From IMG/VR virus record IMGVR_UViG_3300036770_002345, positions 1-52,517 of that record: a stretch of 52,517 nucleotides of DNA. One strand, written 5' to 3'. A program made the position numbers and the translations under genes. Positions 8,336 to 17,215 of this stretch are shown here, one piece after another; within the stretch, counting starts at the first letter, position 1, and each line of letters begins with the position of its first letter. The notes under the pieces were generated by a model. The model ran no database searches. It was not told the origin of the DNA and saw only the letters and a program-made list of their open reading frames with translations. The stretch comes from a virus (Duplodnaviria; Caudoviricetes).

Positions 8336-9308
8336 TGTAACTCTCCTTGATGAGTTGTTTGGCGTACTGCTCGGGGGTGATGCCAAGTCTCTTAGCGACA
8401 GAAACTTGTGTGGCAGTCAACTGGATTTTGCGTGGCTTAGCGCCGTTGTTTCGGCTGGCTGAAGCAACCACGGTGGAAGGGGTGCGTTGAGGGGCAACAG
8501 AGACTTGAACGTCTCCGCTATCTTTCTCAAAGTAATCTGGAAAACGCTGCCGCATCGCAGCATCAATCTTTTCGTAGTACTCGTCCGTGTCGGCTTTGAT
8601 GCCTTGCTCACGAATCAGAGTCTCATGAACTCCGTATGCCAATGCGGTCATCTCGCGGTTGCCTTGAGGGCCGAACCAAGGATTGCGCTTGGTCCAGTCC
8701 AGAGCTTTATCGCTCGGCTTGGGCGGCTGATACTGCGCTACCGGAGGTGCGTAGTTTTGAGGGACCTGCTGGGGCTTGGGTCGAGACTGAATAACACGCT
8801 CATGTTTTTCAGCCTCCCGAAACTCCGTCTGGGCATTCAGGAGTTTCTCTTGGGCTGCGATGATCTTTTCCGCATCACCGGCTTCGTAGGCGTCCTTGTA
8901 AAGGCTCTTGGCCTGTTCAAGGGCGAGGTTAGCGCGGGCTTTGATTTGGGAGACGAGTGCGCCTTCTCCGCGCTGGATCAATGACTCGTATTGCTGGTTT
9001 TTGGTGACCAGTTGTTGTGCGTAGCGAAGAGCCTCTTCGCGCATTTGTTCTGCGGCTTCTCGTTGCCGCTGCGCTTCATGCTGTTCGTACTTGAGCTTGT
9101 TAATACGTTTGCGGACTTTTTCACTGTAGTCCGACAGTTCTTCATCGTCTTCCTTCTCAGCCTGTTTGGTAGGCTGCTTAGGCATGTCATCGACGATTTC
9201 GAGTTCTACTTCGGGTTCCGAAGCAGACGGGGTTTCCTTTTCAGGAATTTGCAAGGGGGCTGAAACTCCGAAGAATTTCTCTTCCTTGGACATGGTTTCC
9301 GTACTCAT
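8328..9308 (-). CDS. capsid scaffolding protein
   Basis: acidic N-terminus, long coiled coil, W...NPWFG, C-terminal LT..Q..VAKRLG.T.EQYAK. Confidence 0.75.
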   Translation of the reverse strand: MSTETMSKEEKFFGVSAPLQIPEKETPSASEPEVELEIVDDMPKQPTKQAEKEDDEELSDYSEKVRKRINKLKYEQHEAQRQREAAEQMREEALRYAQQLVTKNQQYESLIQRGEGALVSQIKARANLALEQAKSLYKDAYEAGDAEKIIAAQEKLLNAQTEFREAEKHERVIQSRPKPQQVPQNYAPPVAQYQPPKPSDKALDWTKRNPWFGPQGNREMTALAYGVHETLIREQGIKADTDEYYEKIDAAMRQRFPDYFEKDSGDVQVSVAPQRTPSTVVASASRNNGAKPRKIQLTATQVSVAKRLGITPEQYAKQLIKESYNG

Positions 9309-9679
9309 GCTTTCACCACTCCTCTAGGATCTTCGACAACCGCCTCGACGGAGTCATCGTTGATCAAACGGAACTCTTTCCCATGGACCTTGAAGCGGGT
9401 TCCCGAATAAGAACGCATCATGATCCAGTCCCCTTCTTTGCAGTAAGGGCCAGAAGGGAAACGATCAGCGGACTTGTAAGCATCCGGTCCCATCGCGAGG
9501 ACGAAACCAACGATGCTCCCAATCTCTTCAGCCTCAAGTGTTGAAGAGGCTTTAAGGATTCCACCTTCTGTTTTCTCTTCCGGGTTAGGTAGGGCGATGA
9601 GTAACTTGTACCCAGTCGGTTTGGGTAATTGACTTGCGGCTTTTTGGGCCTGTTCGTCGTTTAAACTTTTATCCGTCAT
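9305..9679 (-). CDS. groES: GroES-like co-chaperonin
   Basis: P.GY.LL.......KTEGGI...G.VLAMGPDAY...K.GD.....YSG...RLINDD.V.AV. Confidence 0.85.
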   Translation of the reverse strand: MTDKSLNDEQAQKAASQLPKPTGYKLLIALPNPEEKTEGGILKASSTLEAEEIGSIVGFVLAMGPDAYKSADRFPSGPYCKEGDWIMMRSYSGTRFKVHGKEFRLINDDSVEAVVEDPRGVVKA

Positions 9680-9746
9680 AGCACCTTCCGGTGGTTGCAC
9701 CCTTGCGGGCGGTTGCGCTGTTTACACAGCGAAGTTGTTAAGCCGT

Positions 9747-9944
9747 TTAATCATCGTCAATTTGTTTCGTGAGGTCAAGCAGTTCTCGTTCGGCGCGGGC
9801 CAAACCCTCGACAACACCACAACACCGCTTGTACTCAGCGAAGTCCACGCAGCCGCCACCGGCAATGTGATCGGCCATGTCGTTCATCTGCTGGCGTAGA
9901 GATTTACGCAGGTATTCTGCGAGATTATCGCTCGCGGTCTGCAT
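9747..9944 (-). CDS. small conserved head-module protein
   Basis: 65-aa helical ORF (D.AEY...G...GL) overlapping the portal stop. Confidence 0.65.
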   Translation of the reverse strand: MQTASDNLAEYLRKSLRQQMNDMADHIAGGGCVDFAEYKRCCGVVEGLARAERELLDLTKQIDDD

Positions 9945-12429
9945 TGCGTTCCCTCATGTCTTGTTCTCTTTGCTGGGCGGAGAGTAGATCCCGGGCAATT
10001 TCGACGCCTAGTTTCGCGCCTTGGACCTTGTCTCGGGAGGCAATCTCTTTGCTCTGAAGTTCGTTCGAGGCGTTGGTCGAAGCGATTTGAACGCCAAGCC
10101 TTGCGCCTTCGATACGTTCTTGAACCTTGAGACGCTCTTGTTCGGACTGCATCCGCATCTGGGCCTTTTGCATATCCGCTTGAACCTTCGCCATGTCGGC
10201 TTGGGCTTTTTGTTGGATTTCCTGAGCGCGAAGCTGGAGTTTCTGCATTTCCATTTGCAGTACCGGGTCTTGTTGTTCCTGCATCTGCTGCTGCATTTGG
10301 GCTTCGCGTTGGGCCTTTCCCAACACTTGCGCTGCCGCAGGGGCGACGAGTTCCGAGATACGGTATTCGATATCCTCGGGGAGGGGTTCCCCGGGAGGGG
10401 GGAGCTTGAGGCCGAGTTCTTTCTCGATCTGCTGGCGATAGGCAAAGGCCAAGTGTTCGGCCACATGCGCGGCCAATGCCGCTTGGAGAGCTTGAGCAGC
10501 CTGAGGAGCCTGCTGGAGCATTTGCTGAAGACGGGGATCTTGGCCGAAAGACATGTGGACCTGAATATGCGCTTCATGATCCTGATAGATAAACGCCTTG
10601 ATGGGTTTCATCGTGAGGGCGTTCATGTTCTCGGTGACCGGATCGGTCGGCGGAATCTCTTCCTTGTTCGGGAGAACCTCTTGCGGATCAGCAATCCCGA
10701 GGGCTTCGATCATCTGCCGGTGCAGCATGGGCAGGTCATACAACTGCGGGGCTTGGGAGGCGAGTTGCAATGCCGCCTGATATTTCATGATCCGCTGGGC
10801 CATGGTCCCGGCATTGGGATCGGATACCGGGATCACATCGATGCGATCATCGAAATCCTGTTTGGTAAGTTCTTTACCCGGGATGTCGTAGGGATATTCC
10901 GTAGGGCCGTAATCGAAAATAACCTGCGAAAGGAGTTTCAACTCCTTCTTCATGGAGGCGTGTAAACGGGCTTGGACCGCTGACAGCACCTTCATGGATC
11001 GTTCGATGATGGCGAGGGTGGTTCCGACCGGAGCCTCCCCGTTCATGTCCGCCACCTTCATGTCGGCTTGGGATGCGAACCTTCGGCCTTCATCGACGAT
11101 GTTGCCAAGCAATTGATAGAGGGTTCCCGAAGGCTCCTTGTAGGGGAGGAAGGTGATGTTATCGCGTAAGGCTCCGGACGGAATGTCCACATCACGGAAC
11201 TCACCCGGCATGATGGGGGTATCATCGCCTTTGATCCGGAGTCCGCGAGTTTTCAATCCGCCCGGAAGATTGGAAAGGGTTCCGGCGTCCACCAATTGGC
11301 GGAGGATGGACGTCGAAGACTTCGCCAGTCCTCCCACCAAATGGACTAATCCAAAGCCATAGAATCCGAGTCCGGGGATGTAGGTGTATTGGACGAAATG
11401 CTGGCGGCGTTTCTTTAAGGGATCATCTTCATACCAGTTCCGTCGAATCGATAGAATCAATCTAGAAGACTTATCGATGGTGATCACATAGGGCAACGCG
11501 ATTCCGGTGGGATTGCCCATGTCATCGGTGTCTTCGAAGCCGGGGAGATCATAATCCACCACCATCTCAAGGAGGGTGTAGCGGGAATCTAGATCCATTC
11601 CCTTTGATTCCCCGTTTAACTTGTCATAGGACTTCTGGATTTCGGTGATATCCGGGGACGGGGGAGGGAGATCCACATCAGAATAAAATCCTGAAACCTG
11701 CAACTTTCTAATTTCGTTGTAGGTTTTCTTCATGACATGGGTGGCCCGTTCGCAGGTCACCAAGTCAGTGGCCCCATACGACACCACGAAATCTTCTGCG
11801 GGAACGAAGATCGAAGCGGGTCTACCGAGGGAAGGATCGTAGTAGACCTTTCTGAATGCAGCGCCTGAGAGGGCAAGAGAAAAAAGAAGTTTCTCGGTCT
11901 CTGAGCGGTATTCGCTCATGCGTTCGGTCAAGAGATAGTTTAAATACTCTTGCACCCGCTGAGCTTGCTGCATTCTTTCGGGGGTGGTTTCACCCAAGAT
12001 CTTGGTTTGAACGGGGCCTCGGGCGGGGAAGATCTCTTGAATGGACTGGGCTTGGAAGCGAACAATGGCCTCGGAGAGCATGGGATGAAAGACCCCACAC
12101 GCGCCTTCCCATGGTTGGGTGCGATCTTCGATCTTGAGTCCTAAAAGATCGAGACCCTTGATGTAGGTGGTTTCCCATTCTTTGCGGGAATCCTTATCTG
12201 CATCGAAGAGGGTAACGAGTTCCGAAGCGATGTTCCCGAGAACCGAGTCATCGATAAACTCGGCGAGGTTGTCATCATGGGCGGCTTCCGAAAAGGGTTC
12301 CGCAGAGAGACTAATCTCCACGCCCCCATCTGGGAGTTCTACTACCACCCCTTCAGAAGGCGGTTCGACCGCAACTTCCATTGATCCTCCTCCCAACAGG
12401 GAGGGCATCAGAGCGCGATCTACACCCAT
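9925..12429 (-). CDS. portal protein with long C-terminal coiled coil (P22-like)
   Basis: D..SR..WE....GL.LLG...PWEGAC...HP.L.EA..RFQA...G.AF.KVYYD; Q-rich tail; follows terL. Confidence 0.88.
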   Translation of the reverse strand: MGVDRALMPSLLGGGSMEVAVEPPSEGVVVELPDGGVEISLSAEPFSEAAHDDNLAEFIDDSVLGNIASELVTLFDADKDSRKEWETTYIKGLDLLGLKIEDRTQPWEGACGVFHPMLSEAIVRFQAQSIQEIFPARGPVQTKILGETTPERMQQAQRVQEYLNYLLTERMSEYRSETEKLLFSLALSGAAFRKVYYDPSLGRPASIFVPAEDFVVSYGATDLVTCERATHVMKKTYNEIRKLQVSGFYSDVDLPPPSPDITEIQKSYDKLNGESKGMDLDSRYTLLEMVVDYDLPGFEDTDDMGNPTGIALPYVITIDKSSRLILSIRRNWYEDDPLKKRRQHFVQYTYIPGLGFYGFGLVHLVGGLAKSSTSILRQLVDAGTLSNLPGGLKTRGLRIKGDDTPIMPGEFRDVDIPSGALRDNITFLPYKEPSGTLYQLLGNIVDEGRRFASQADMKVADMNGEAPVGTTLAIIERSMKVLSAVQARLHASMKKELKLLSQVIFDYGPTEYPYDIPGKELTKQDFDDRIDVIPVSDPNAGTMAQRIMKYQAALQLASQAPQLYDLPMLHRQMIEALGIADPQEVLPNKEEIPPTDPVTENMNALTMKPIKAFIYQDHEAHIQVHMSFGQDPRLQQMLQQAPQAAQALQAALAAHVAEHLAFAYRQQIEKELGLKLPPPGEPLPEDIEYRISELVAPAAAQVLGKAQREAQMQQQMQEQQDPVLQMEMQKLQLRAQEIQQKAQADMAKVQADMQKAQMRMQSEQERLKVQERIEGARLGVQIASTNASNELQSKEIASRDKVQGAKLGVEIARDLLSAQQREQDMRERNADRER

Positions 12430-12439
12430 GGCTTTCCCC

Positions 12440-12649
12440 TTATAGGTCGGTGAACTTGCCGCCTTTAACGGCAGCACCCATCCCTCGGGCAGTTCCCTCG
12501 GTTCCCATGCTCATGCCACCGCCGTACATCTTCTTTGAACGCATGGCACCGCCCACCATCACCGGCTTCCCTTTGGACATTTTGTCCTTAGGTTGCTTGC
12601 GAGACTTCGGGGCTTCTTTCTTTTCAGACTTGTCTGTTTTGCCTTTCAT
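12440..12649 (-). CDS. small basic protein
   Basis: 69 aa, Lys-rich, ending ARGMGAAVKGGKF. Confidence 0.6.
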   Translation of the reverse strand: MKGKTDKSEKKEAPKSRKQPKDKMSKGKPVMVGGAMRSKKMYGGGMSMGTEGTARGMGAAVKGGKFTDL

Positions 12650-12660
12650 CGTTTAAATCC

Positions 12661-14169
12661 TCAGTAGTACGCCACTTTACGTTTATACACCGGTTCATCT
12701 TGTTGATCGGATTGAAGGGAAATAAATCCTCCCCTCCGATAACGGAGTAATGCCTGTGTGCAGGAGTCTACATAGTCATCATGCTCTCCGGCAGGAAAAG
12801 ACGCAAATTCCTCGACCACTTCCTCCGCAAAGCGTTTGTTCGGTCGCCACACTTTTCCACTGGCAAAGAGATCACTAATCGCATTCACACGGGCAATTTT
12901 ATCGTTCCCCCGAGAAGGGGTATATTCTGACACCGGAATCCCCATCGCACGAAGTTCGAAGATCAATGGGGTCCCTGCGGCCTTGGCTTCCACAATAAGG
13001 GAATCGGGCTTCCAGTAGTTGTAGAGTTCATAGGCTCTTTTCTTTAAGGTCGGGAACTCCATCTTCTCTCGATGGGCATCCATCAAAATCAGATTCGGTT
13101 GCATGACCCCAGACTCATCCGGGTGGTAGAAGACACCCCAAGTGGTACAGGCGGAGTAATCCGAGCGTTCGGATTTCAAGAATGCGGTGTCCCATGACTG
13201 GATCAAAAACTGACACTGTGGGGGATCTTCTCTATCCCATACCTTCCATGATTCGCGTTTAACCAGAGCGCCTTCTTCGGAGGTGGGATTCTGCTGATAC
13301 TGCGCCATCCACTTATGAACGGGGATTTCTTCCCGGATGGCTTCCAGTTCCTCTAGGGGCCAGAACTCCGGCCACAAAGGTTTCCCTGAAGGCATGATGG
13401 CGGGGAACTCGATGACCTCCCATTCATCCCCACCCCTCTGTGCAGAGGCTTTGAGGACCTGTCCGACGAGATCTCTCTTCGACCAACGGGTACAGATGAT
13501 GACAATGGCCCCACCGGGTTGAAGCCGTTGGCGGGGACCGGAGGTATACCATTCATAGGCATGGTCGAAGACGGACGGATCTGCCGATTGGCCCTCTTGT
13601 TCATCATGGGGATCATCGATAACGAGAATATCAGCACCTTTACCGGTCACGGCACCGCCAATACCGATGGCGAAGTAGTCACCGCCCTTGGAAGTACTCC
13701 ATCGACCTGCGGCTTTGGAGTCCGCACGGAGGGAAACATCCGGAAATACCTCCCGATAGGTGTCGGAATCCACCAAGTTACGCACTTTCCGACCAAATCC
13801 CACCGAAAGTTCCGCCGTGTGAGAGGCTTGGATCACCTTTTTGTGGGGGAACTTGCCCAAAAACCACGCTGGAAAGAGAAAAGACCCGAATTCTGACTTG
13901 GTGTGCCGAGGAGGCATGCAAATGATCAACCGTTTGAGCTTGCCTTCCGCAATTTCCTCAAACTTTTCCCCCATAATCTTGTGATGACGGCCCGAAATGA
14001 ACCCCGGCCACACCTTCTGCACAAACGGAATGAATCTTTCTTGGGCTAATTCCTTAGATTTCGCCCTTTCCCATTCCTCTAACAACCCTAACCATTCTTT
14101 CTGCTGATCAGGAGGGAGGTTTTGCACTAACCCCATGATTTTAGGAAGGTTTTCTACTGTTAGTTGCAC
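12661..14169 (-). CDS. terL: terminase large subunit
   Basis: Walker A variant MPPRHTKS, Walker B LVIDDP, nuclease SWDTA...IVEAKAAG...HDDYVDS; GTG start. Confidence 0.95.
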   Translation of the reverse strand: MQLTVENLPKIMGLVQNLPPDQQKEWLGLLEEWERAKSKELAQERFIPFVQKVWPGFISGRHHKIMGEKFEEIAEGKLKRLIICMPPRHTKSEFGSFLFPAWFLGKFPHKKVIQASHTAELSVGFGRKVRNLVDSDTYREVFPDVSLRADSKAAGRWSTSKGGDYFAIGIGGAVTGKGADILVIDDPHDEQEGQSADPSVFDHAYEWYTSGPRQRLQPGGAIVIICTRWSKRDLVGQVLKASAQRGGDEWEVIEFPAIMPSGKPLWPEFWPLEELEAIREEIPVHKWMAQYQQNPTSEEGALVKRESWKVWDREDPPQCQFLIQSWDTAFLKSERSDYSACTTWGVFYHPDESGVMQPNLILMDAHREKMEFPTLKKRAYELYNYWKPDSLIVEAKAAGTPLIFELRAMGIPVSEYTPSRGNDKIARVNAISDLFASGKVWRPNKRFAEEVVEEFASFPAGEHDDYVDSCTQALLRYRRGGFISLQSDQQDEPVYKRKVAYY

Positions 14170-14225
14170 TTAGAATAGCCTCAAAATGCAGGGACAATAG
14201 CCCCCGTTTCATCACATTCAAAGTG

Positions 14226-14373
14226 CCTGTCTCCTAATTCACCTCTTCGCGATGCCCCACCCTCTGGAGTGGGGCTAAGCGACGCCGTTACATCAGTCCA
14301 CAGCCTGTCGAGGAGTCTTAACATCGTCCTAAACACTATAACTCAGGCTGTTTATTTTTTTCTAGAAGACAGG
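14226..14373 (-). ncRNA. candidate structured RNA at the start of the late transcript
   Basis: 11-bp closing stem CCUGUCUUCUA/UAGGAGACAGG enclosing ACAGCCUG/CAGGCUGU and GCCCCAC/GUGGGGC hairpins. Confidence 0.4.
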
Positions 14374-14377
14374 TCCG

Positions 14378-14406
14378 ATTATATCACATTTAAGAAGGAA
14401 TGTCAA
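14378..14406 (-). promoter_or_regulatory. consensus sigma70 promoter for terL and the head operon
   Basis: TTGACA-17 nt-TATAAT with TGn extension and an A/T-rich UP-like tract upstream. Confidence 0.85.
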
Positions 14407-14459
14407 TAGTGTTTTTTAGAAATTTTTGCAAAAAATTTTTCTACATCTCACTTCCTTTC

Positions 14460-14713
14460 TACCTTAACACCCAACCCTACGGAACCTTACCCTACAGTAA
14501 CTCCCACGGAACTTAACCCCTATACCCCCACCTGTTGTTTTTAGACAACATAGGGGAAAAGTAGGGGATCGTTTGAGTGAAATCGTATGTATGGGTGCGC
14601 GCAGGTACCCGCCTGTGTGCGGGGGGGTGCGGGTGCGCGTTAGAGACGCGCAGGCGTGCGCGTTTAACCCCCCCGTGCGTGCGCGTAAGAACACCGCGCA
14701 GGCGCTCGCGCTT
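14460..14713. repeat. degenerate short repeats and alternating purine-pyrimidine tracts between terS and terL
   Basis: ACGGAAC twice in a C-rich stretch, CGCGCAGG three times, repeated GTGCGCG; no credible ORF. Confidence 0.5.
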
Positions 14714-15256
14714 CTACTGCAACACGGAACCCGCCGCGCCACTCGCGGCGTCCGACTCGGGCGACGGGCCGCACCCGTCGACTGAGGCGGTCTGGTCAAC
14801 GTCGCTTGCGTTTAAACCGTTCGACGCCAACAGGGTTGCGAGCTTGCGTTCCAGATCAGCCGCAACCAGTGCAGCCGGACGCTCACGGTTGTCCTCGATG
14901 ACGTCCCTGTAAAGGCCGCATGCCTTGCCTAGCAGTTCCGCTGCCCGTAGCTGCGTTTGGGTCGCGGGAACTTCGCCCTTTGACCATTGGCGTAGCAGAG
15001 TGACAAGCATATCCCTGTCAGAAACAGTGACTGCCTCACTTTTCCGCCTCTTTTCCGCCGCAAGTGCCTCGATGCACCCCGATATCTTCCCGTCCACCAT
15101 CAGTTCCGCCGCCCGTTTCTGCACACTCGCAGGCTTCATATTCTCGGCGTCATAGCTGTTTCGGTAGGACTCGGCCAAGTTCATGCCGCTGACTACGTTT
15201 TCGCAGAATTTCCGCTGTTTTGCAGTTAACCCGTATTCATCTGTCATGCCTGCCAT
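14714..15256 (-). CDS. terS: terminase small subunit
   Basis: LTAKQRKFC...G.....SYR..Y...A.ELM HTH; RAAELLGKA.GLY motif; upstream of terL. Confidence 0.85.
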   Translation of the reverse strand: MAGMTDEYGLTAKQRKFCENVVSGMNLAESYRNSYDAENMKPASVQKRAAELMVDGKISGCIEALAAEKRRKSEAVTVSDRDMLVTLLRQWSKGEVPATQTQLRAAELLGKACGLYRDVIEDNRERPAALVAADLERKLATLLASNGLNASDVDQTASVDGCGPSPESDAASGAAGSVLQ

Positions 15257-15430
15257 GATGCGTTTAACCCTTGTTTACAAGCTGATTTGCTAATCTTTGA
15301 CCATGCTGACTGCCTGATCTACTCACCGAATCCTACCCCTTGAGCCGTTTAACCGCAACTTTCAAAGAATTAAATTCAACCGATAATCAATGACTTAGCT
15401 GACAAGCTGATAAATTTATCGTTTAACCAG

Positions 15431-15459
15431 TTGACATGTGACCATGTTATCCGTAGAGT
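15431..15459 (+). promoter_or_regulatory. sigma70 early promoter P1
   Basis: TTGACA-17 nt-TAGAGT, divergent from terS. Confidence 0.75.
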
Positions 15460-15465
15460 GCGCTC

Positions 15466-15790
15466 CATCGGCGGCGAGAACAGCGAAAAGCACCGCAGCC
15501 GAGGAAGCGAAAAGCCAGACACTGCAAGCGAGCCGGAGGCTCCCCAGACTGGAAACATCGCGAAGGGTGGCGCCGCTGACACGGCTTGTGAGTACCAACA
15601 CCCGCTGCTGAGATGCAGCCGCACGGGGAACCCGTCAAGCGATACACCGCCCGCACTGAGGCGCGGGGCCATGTGAGTCGGCGAGCGTGAAGGAACTCGC
15701 GAGCATGGCCTGAAGCGAAGGTGCGGGGTTAACGGCTGATTGAGTAGAGCGCCCCTCGGGACGCTGCACTGAGTCAACCAACAACGTGGA
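15466..15790 (+). ncRNA. candidate structured early leader RNA
   Basis: about 330 nt with no credible ORF and many hairpins (GAGCC/GGCUC, GCUGC/GCAGC, ACGGG/CCCGU, GGCCAUG/CAUGGCC). Confidence 0.4.
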
Positions 15791-15799
15791 GTGCAAGCC

Positions 15800-15910
15800 A
15801 TGAGCAAGTCATTTAAACAAGCCATCAAGTCGAGCAAAAAGGGTCACTGGGAATTGCATCCGTTCGATGCGGTTCCGGTATGGGTTCCGGCCAAAAAGGG
15901 GGGCAAGTGA
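15800..15910 (+). CDS. 36-aa early protein (below ORF-track cut-off)
   Basis: GGAG RBS; MSKSFKQAIKSSKKGHWELHPFDAVPVWVPAKKGGK; TGATG coupling to the next ORF. Confidence 0.55.
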   Translation: MSKSFKQAIKSSKKGHWELHPFDAVPVWVPAKKGGK

Positions 15911-16014
15911 TGAACAAGCGTCAGCAATTCGCTTTTTCACTGTTCATTTTCGCAGTCTGTTTTGCGGCTGCAATTGCGCTGATTAGCGCGTGGCGTATCG
16001 GCTTAAGCATTTAA
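15910..16014 (+). CDS. 34-aa single-pass membrane early protein
   Basis: MNKRQQFAFSLFIFAVCFAAAIALISAWRIGLSI; translationally coupled start. Confidence 0.55.
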   Translation: MNKRQQFAFSLFIFAVCFAAAIALISAWRIGLSI

Positions 16015-16028
16015 GTGAGGGACAAGTG

Positions 16029-16412
16029 ATGTACGACGTTTACATGGATTCAGACCTTTACGAAGCGGGCCGACGATGCGACGGCCATCCTTTCATCGCC
16101 GAGCGATATTTCGCTCAGCTACAGGATGCGAACGGGCGTCGTTGGCGGCACAAGGTCGCGGTTAACGGCGCGGAGGATTTGGGTTGTGATGAGGATGGAT
16201 ATTCCCACTTCGCGGACTGCCGCGCAGAGGCCCAAGCCAAAATCGGCAAGCTAGTCGCTCGCGTCGAGGCTCATCTGGCCGCAGGCGGTTCGATCAACTT
16301 CGATCACTGGTACGAAGTCCGCCCCGCCTATGGATCGGATGAGTACATCGATCAGGGTATCGACTACCAAGATTGGCTCATCGAGCGGAATGAGGCACGG
16401 GGACGTTTTTGA
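16029..16412 (+). CDS. early hypothetical protein
   Basis: GAGG RBS; 127 aa; W....PAYGS..Y motif. Confidence 0.7.
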   Translation: MYDVYMDSDLYEAGRRCDGHPFIAERYFAQLQDANGRRWRHKVAVNGAEDLGCDEDGYSHFADCRAEAQAKIGKLVARVEAHLAAGGSINFDHWYEVRPAYGSDEYIDQGIDYQDWLIERNEARGRF

Positions 16413-16417
16413 TAACA

Positions 16418-16469
16418 GGCCGAAACGCCCCTCGGGGCGTCGCAGTGTGACGCACTGCCTGATGAGGCC
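16418..16469 (+). ncRNA. type II hammerhead ribozyme HHR1 (predicted cleavage 3' of C16441)
   Basis: GGCC-GAAA-CGCCC(CUCG)GGGCG-UC-GCAGUG(UGACG)CACUGC-CUGAUGA-GGCC: full core, three paired stems, GUC site. Confidence 0.93.
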
Positions 16470-16498
16470 CATCAGCAACTAACCCCATAGGTGCAAGC

Positions 16499-16690
16499 AT
16501 GGAATATCAAAACCTAAACAACGAAAAGCTAGTCGATGAGCTAGTGGCCGAGGCCGTCAGCTACATCAAGGAAAGTTTAAACAACGGCGAAAGTGAGGTT
16601 CTGGAGAGCTACTTCCGCGACGGATTCGAGGGATTCAAGAATCGGTCACGGCCTGAGCTACTCGAAGAATGCCGCCGAGTTTTTGGCTAG
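16499..16690 (+). CDS. 63-aa acidic early protein flanked by HHR1 and HHR2
   Basis: AGGTG RBS; stop overlaps HHR2 stem II. Confidence 0.7.
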   Translation: MEYQNLNNEKLVDELVAEAVSYIKESLNNGESEVLESYFRDGFEGFKNRSRPELLEECRRVFG

Positions 16691-16741
16691 GTCGAAACGG
16701 GCTTCGGCCCGTCGCACCGTGATGCGGTGCCTGATGAGACC
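16690..16741 (+). ncRNA. type II hammerhead ribozyme HHR2 (predicted cleavage 3' of C16713)
   Basis: GGUC-GAAA-CGGGC(UUCG)GCCCG-UC-GCACCG(UGAUG)CGGUGC-CUGAUGA-GACC. Confidence 0.95.
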
Positions 16742-16760
16742 AACCAACAGAGGTGCAAGC

Positions 16761-17030
16761 ATGATCCCCTACGGTTTAATCGTTTACACGCAGTATCGGG
16801 ATGACGGAACCATCGAAGCGAACGGCGGTTCCGGTCTACCCGTTGTCTCGATCCCTTTCGGCGAGTCCACGGCAAGTGGACGCGAGTCGCATCAACGTGC
16901 GGCCCTCGCGCTTGTCCGCAAAATCTACGGCAGCGAGGGTGCATGGCGAATCGTCGCCCGTGGAGACAACCCCTCGGGTTGCGGGTTCGCGTTCGTTTTT
17001 GTGCAGGGTGCAGTGAGGGAAGCCGCATGA
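16761..17030 (+). CDS. early hypothetical protein
   Basis: GAGGTG RBS after HHR2; 89 aa starting MIPYG. Confidence 0.65.
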   Translation: MIPYGLIVYTQYRDDGTIEANGGSGLPVVSIPFGESTASGRESHQRAALALVRKIYGSEGAWRIVARGDNPSGCGFAFVFVQGAVREAA

Positions 17031-17206
17031 ACATCCAAGTCGAACAACGCAACGTGTACGGATCGATCAAATTCTATCCGGTCAATGAGTTGGCCGAGCA
17101 ATTCGCTCGGCTAATGAAACAGAAAACTTTTGATGCGGGAAACCTTGCGGATATCAAACGCATGGGAATCAACATCGAAGTTCGCGTACCAACCATCAAC
17201 TTTTGA
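17027..17206 (+). CDS. early hypothetical protein
   Basis: ATGA overlap; NVYG...YP....A..FA.L...KT motif common in phage early genes. Confidence 0.7.
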   Translation: MNIQVEQRNVYGSIKFYPVNELAEQFARLMKQKTFDAGNLADIKRMGINIEVRVPTINF

Positions 17207-17215
17207 GGTGCAATC

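Noticed and set aside
6219-10965. Long plus-strand ORFs (6219-6938, 7033-7653, 10021-10965) and similar ones elsewhere
   Set aside because: Antisense shadows of well-supported genes, with no recognisable motifs
14464-14912. Arg/Ala/Cys-rich ORFs between terS and terL
   Set aside because: Translations of the GC repeat tract or overlaps with terS
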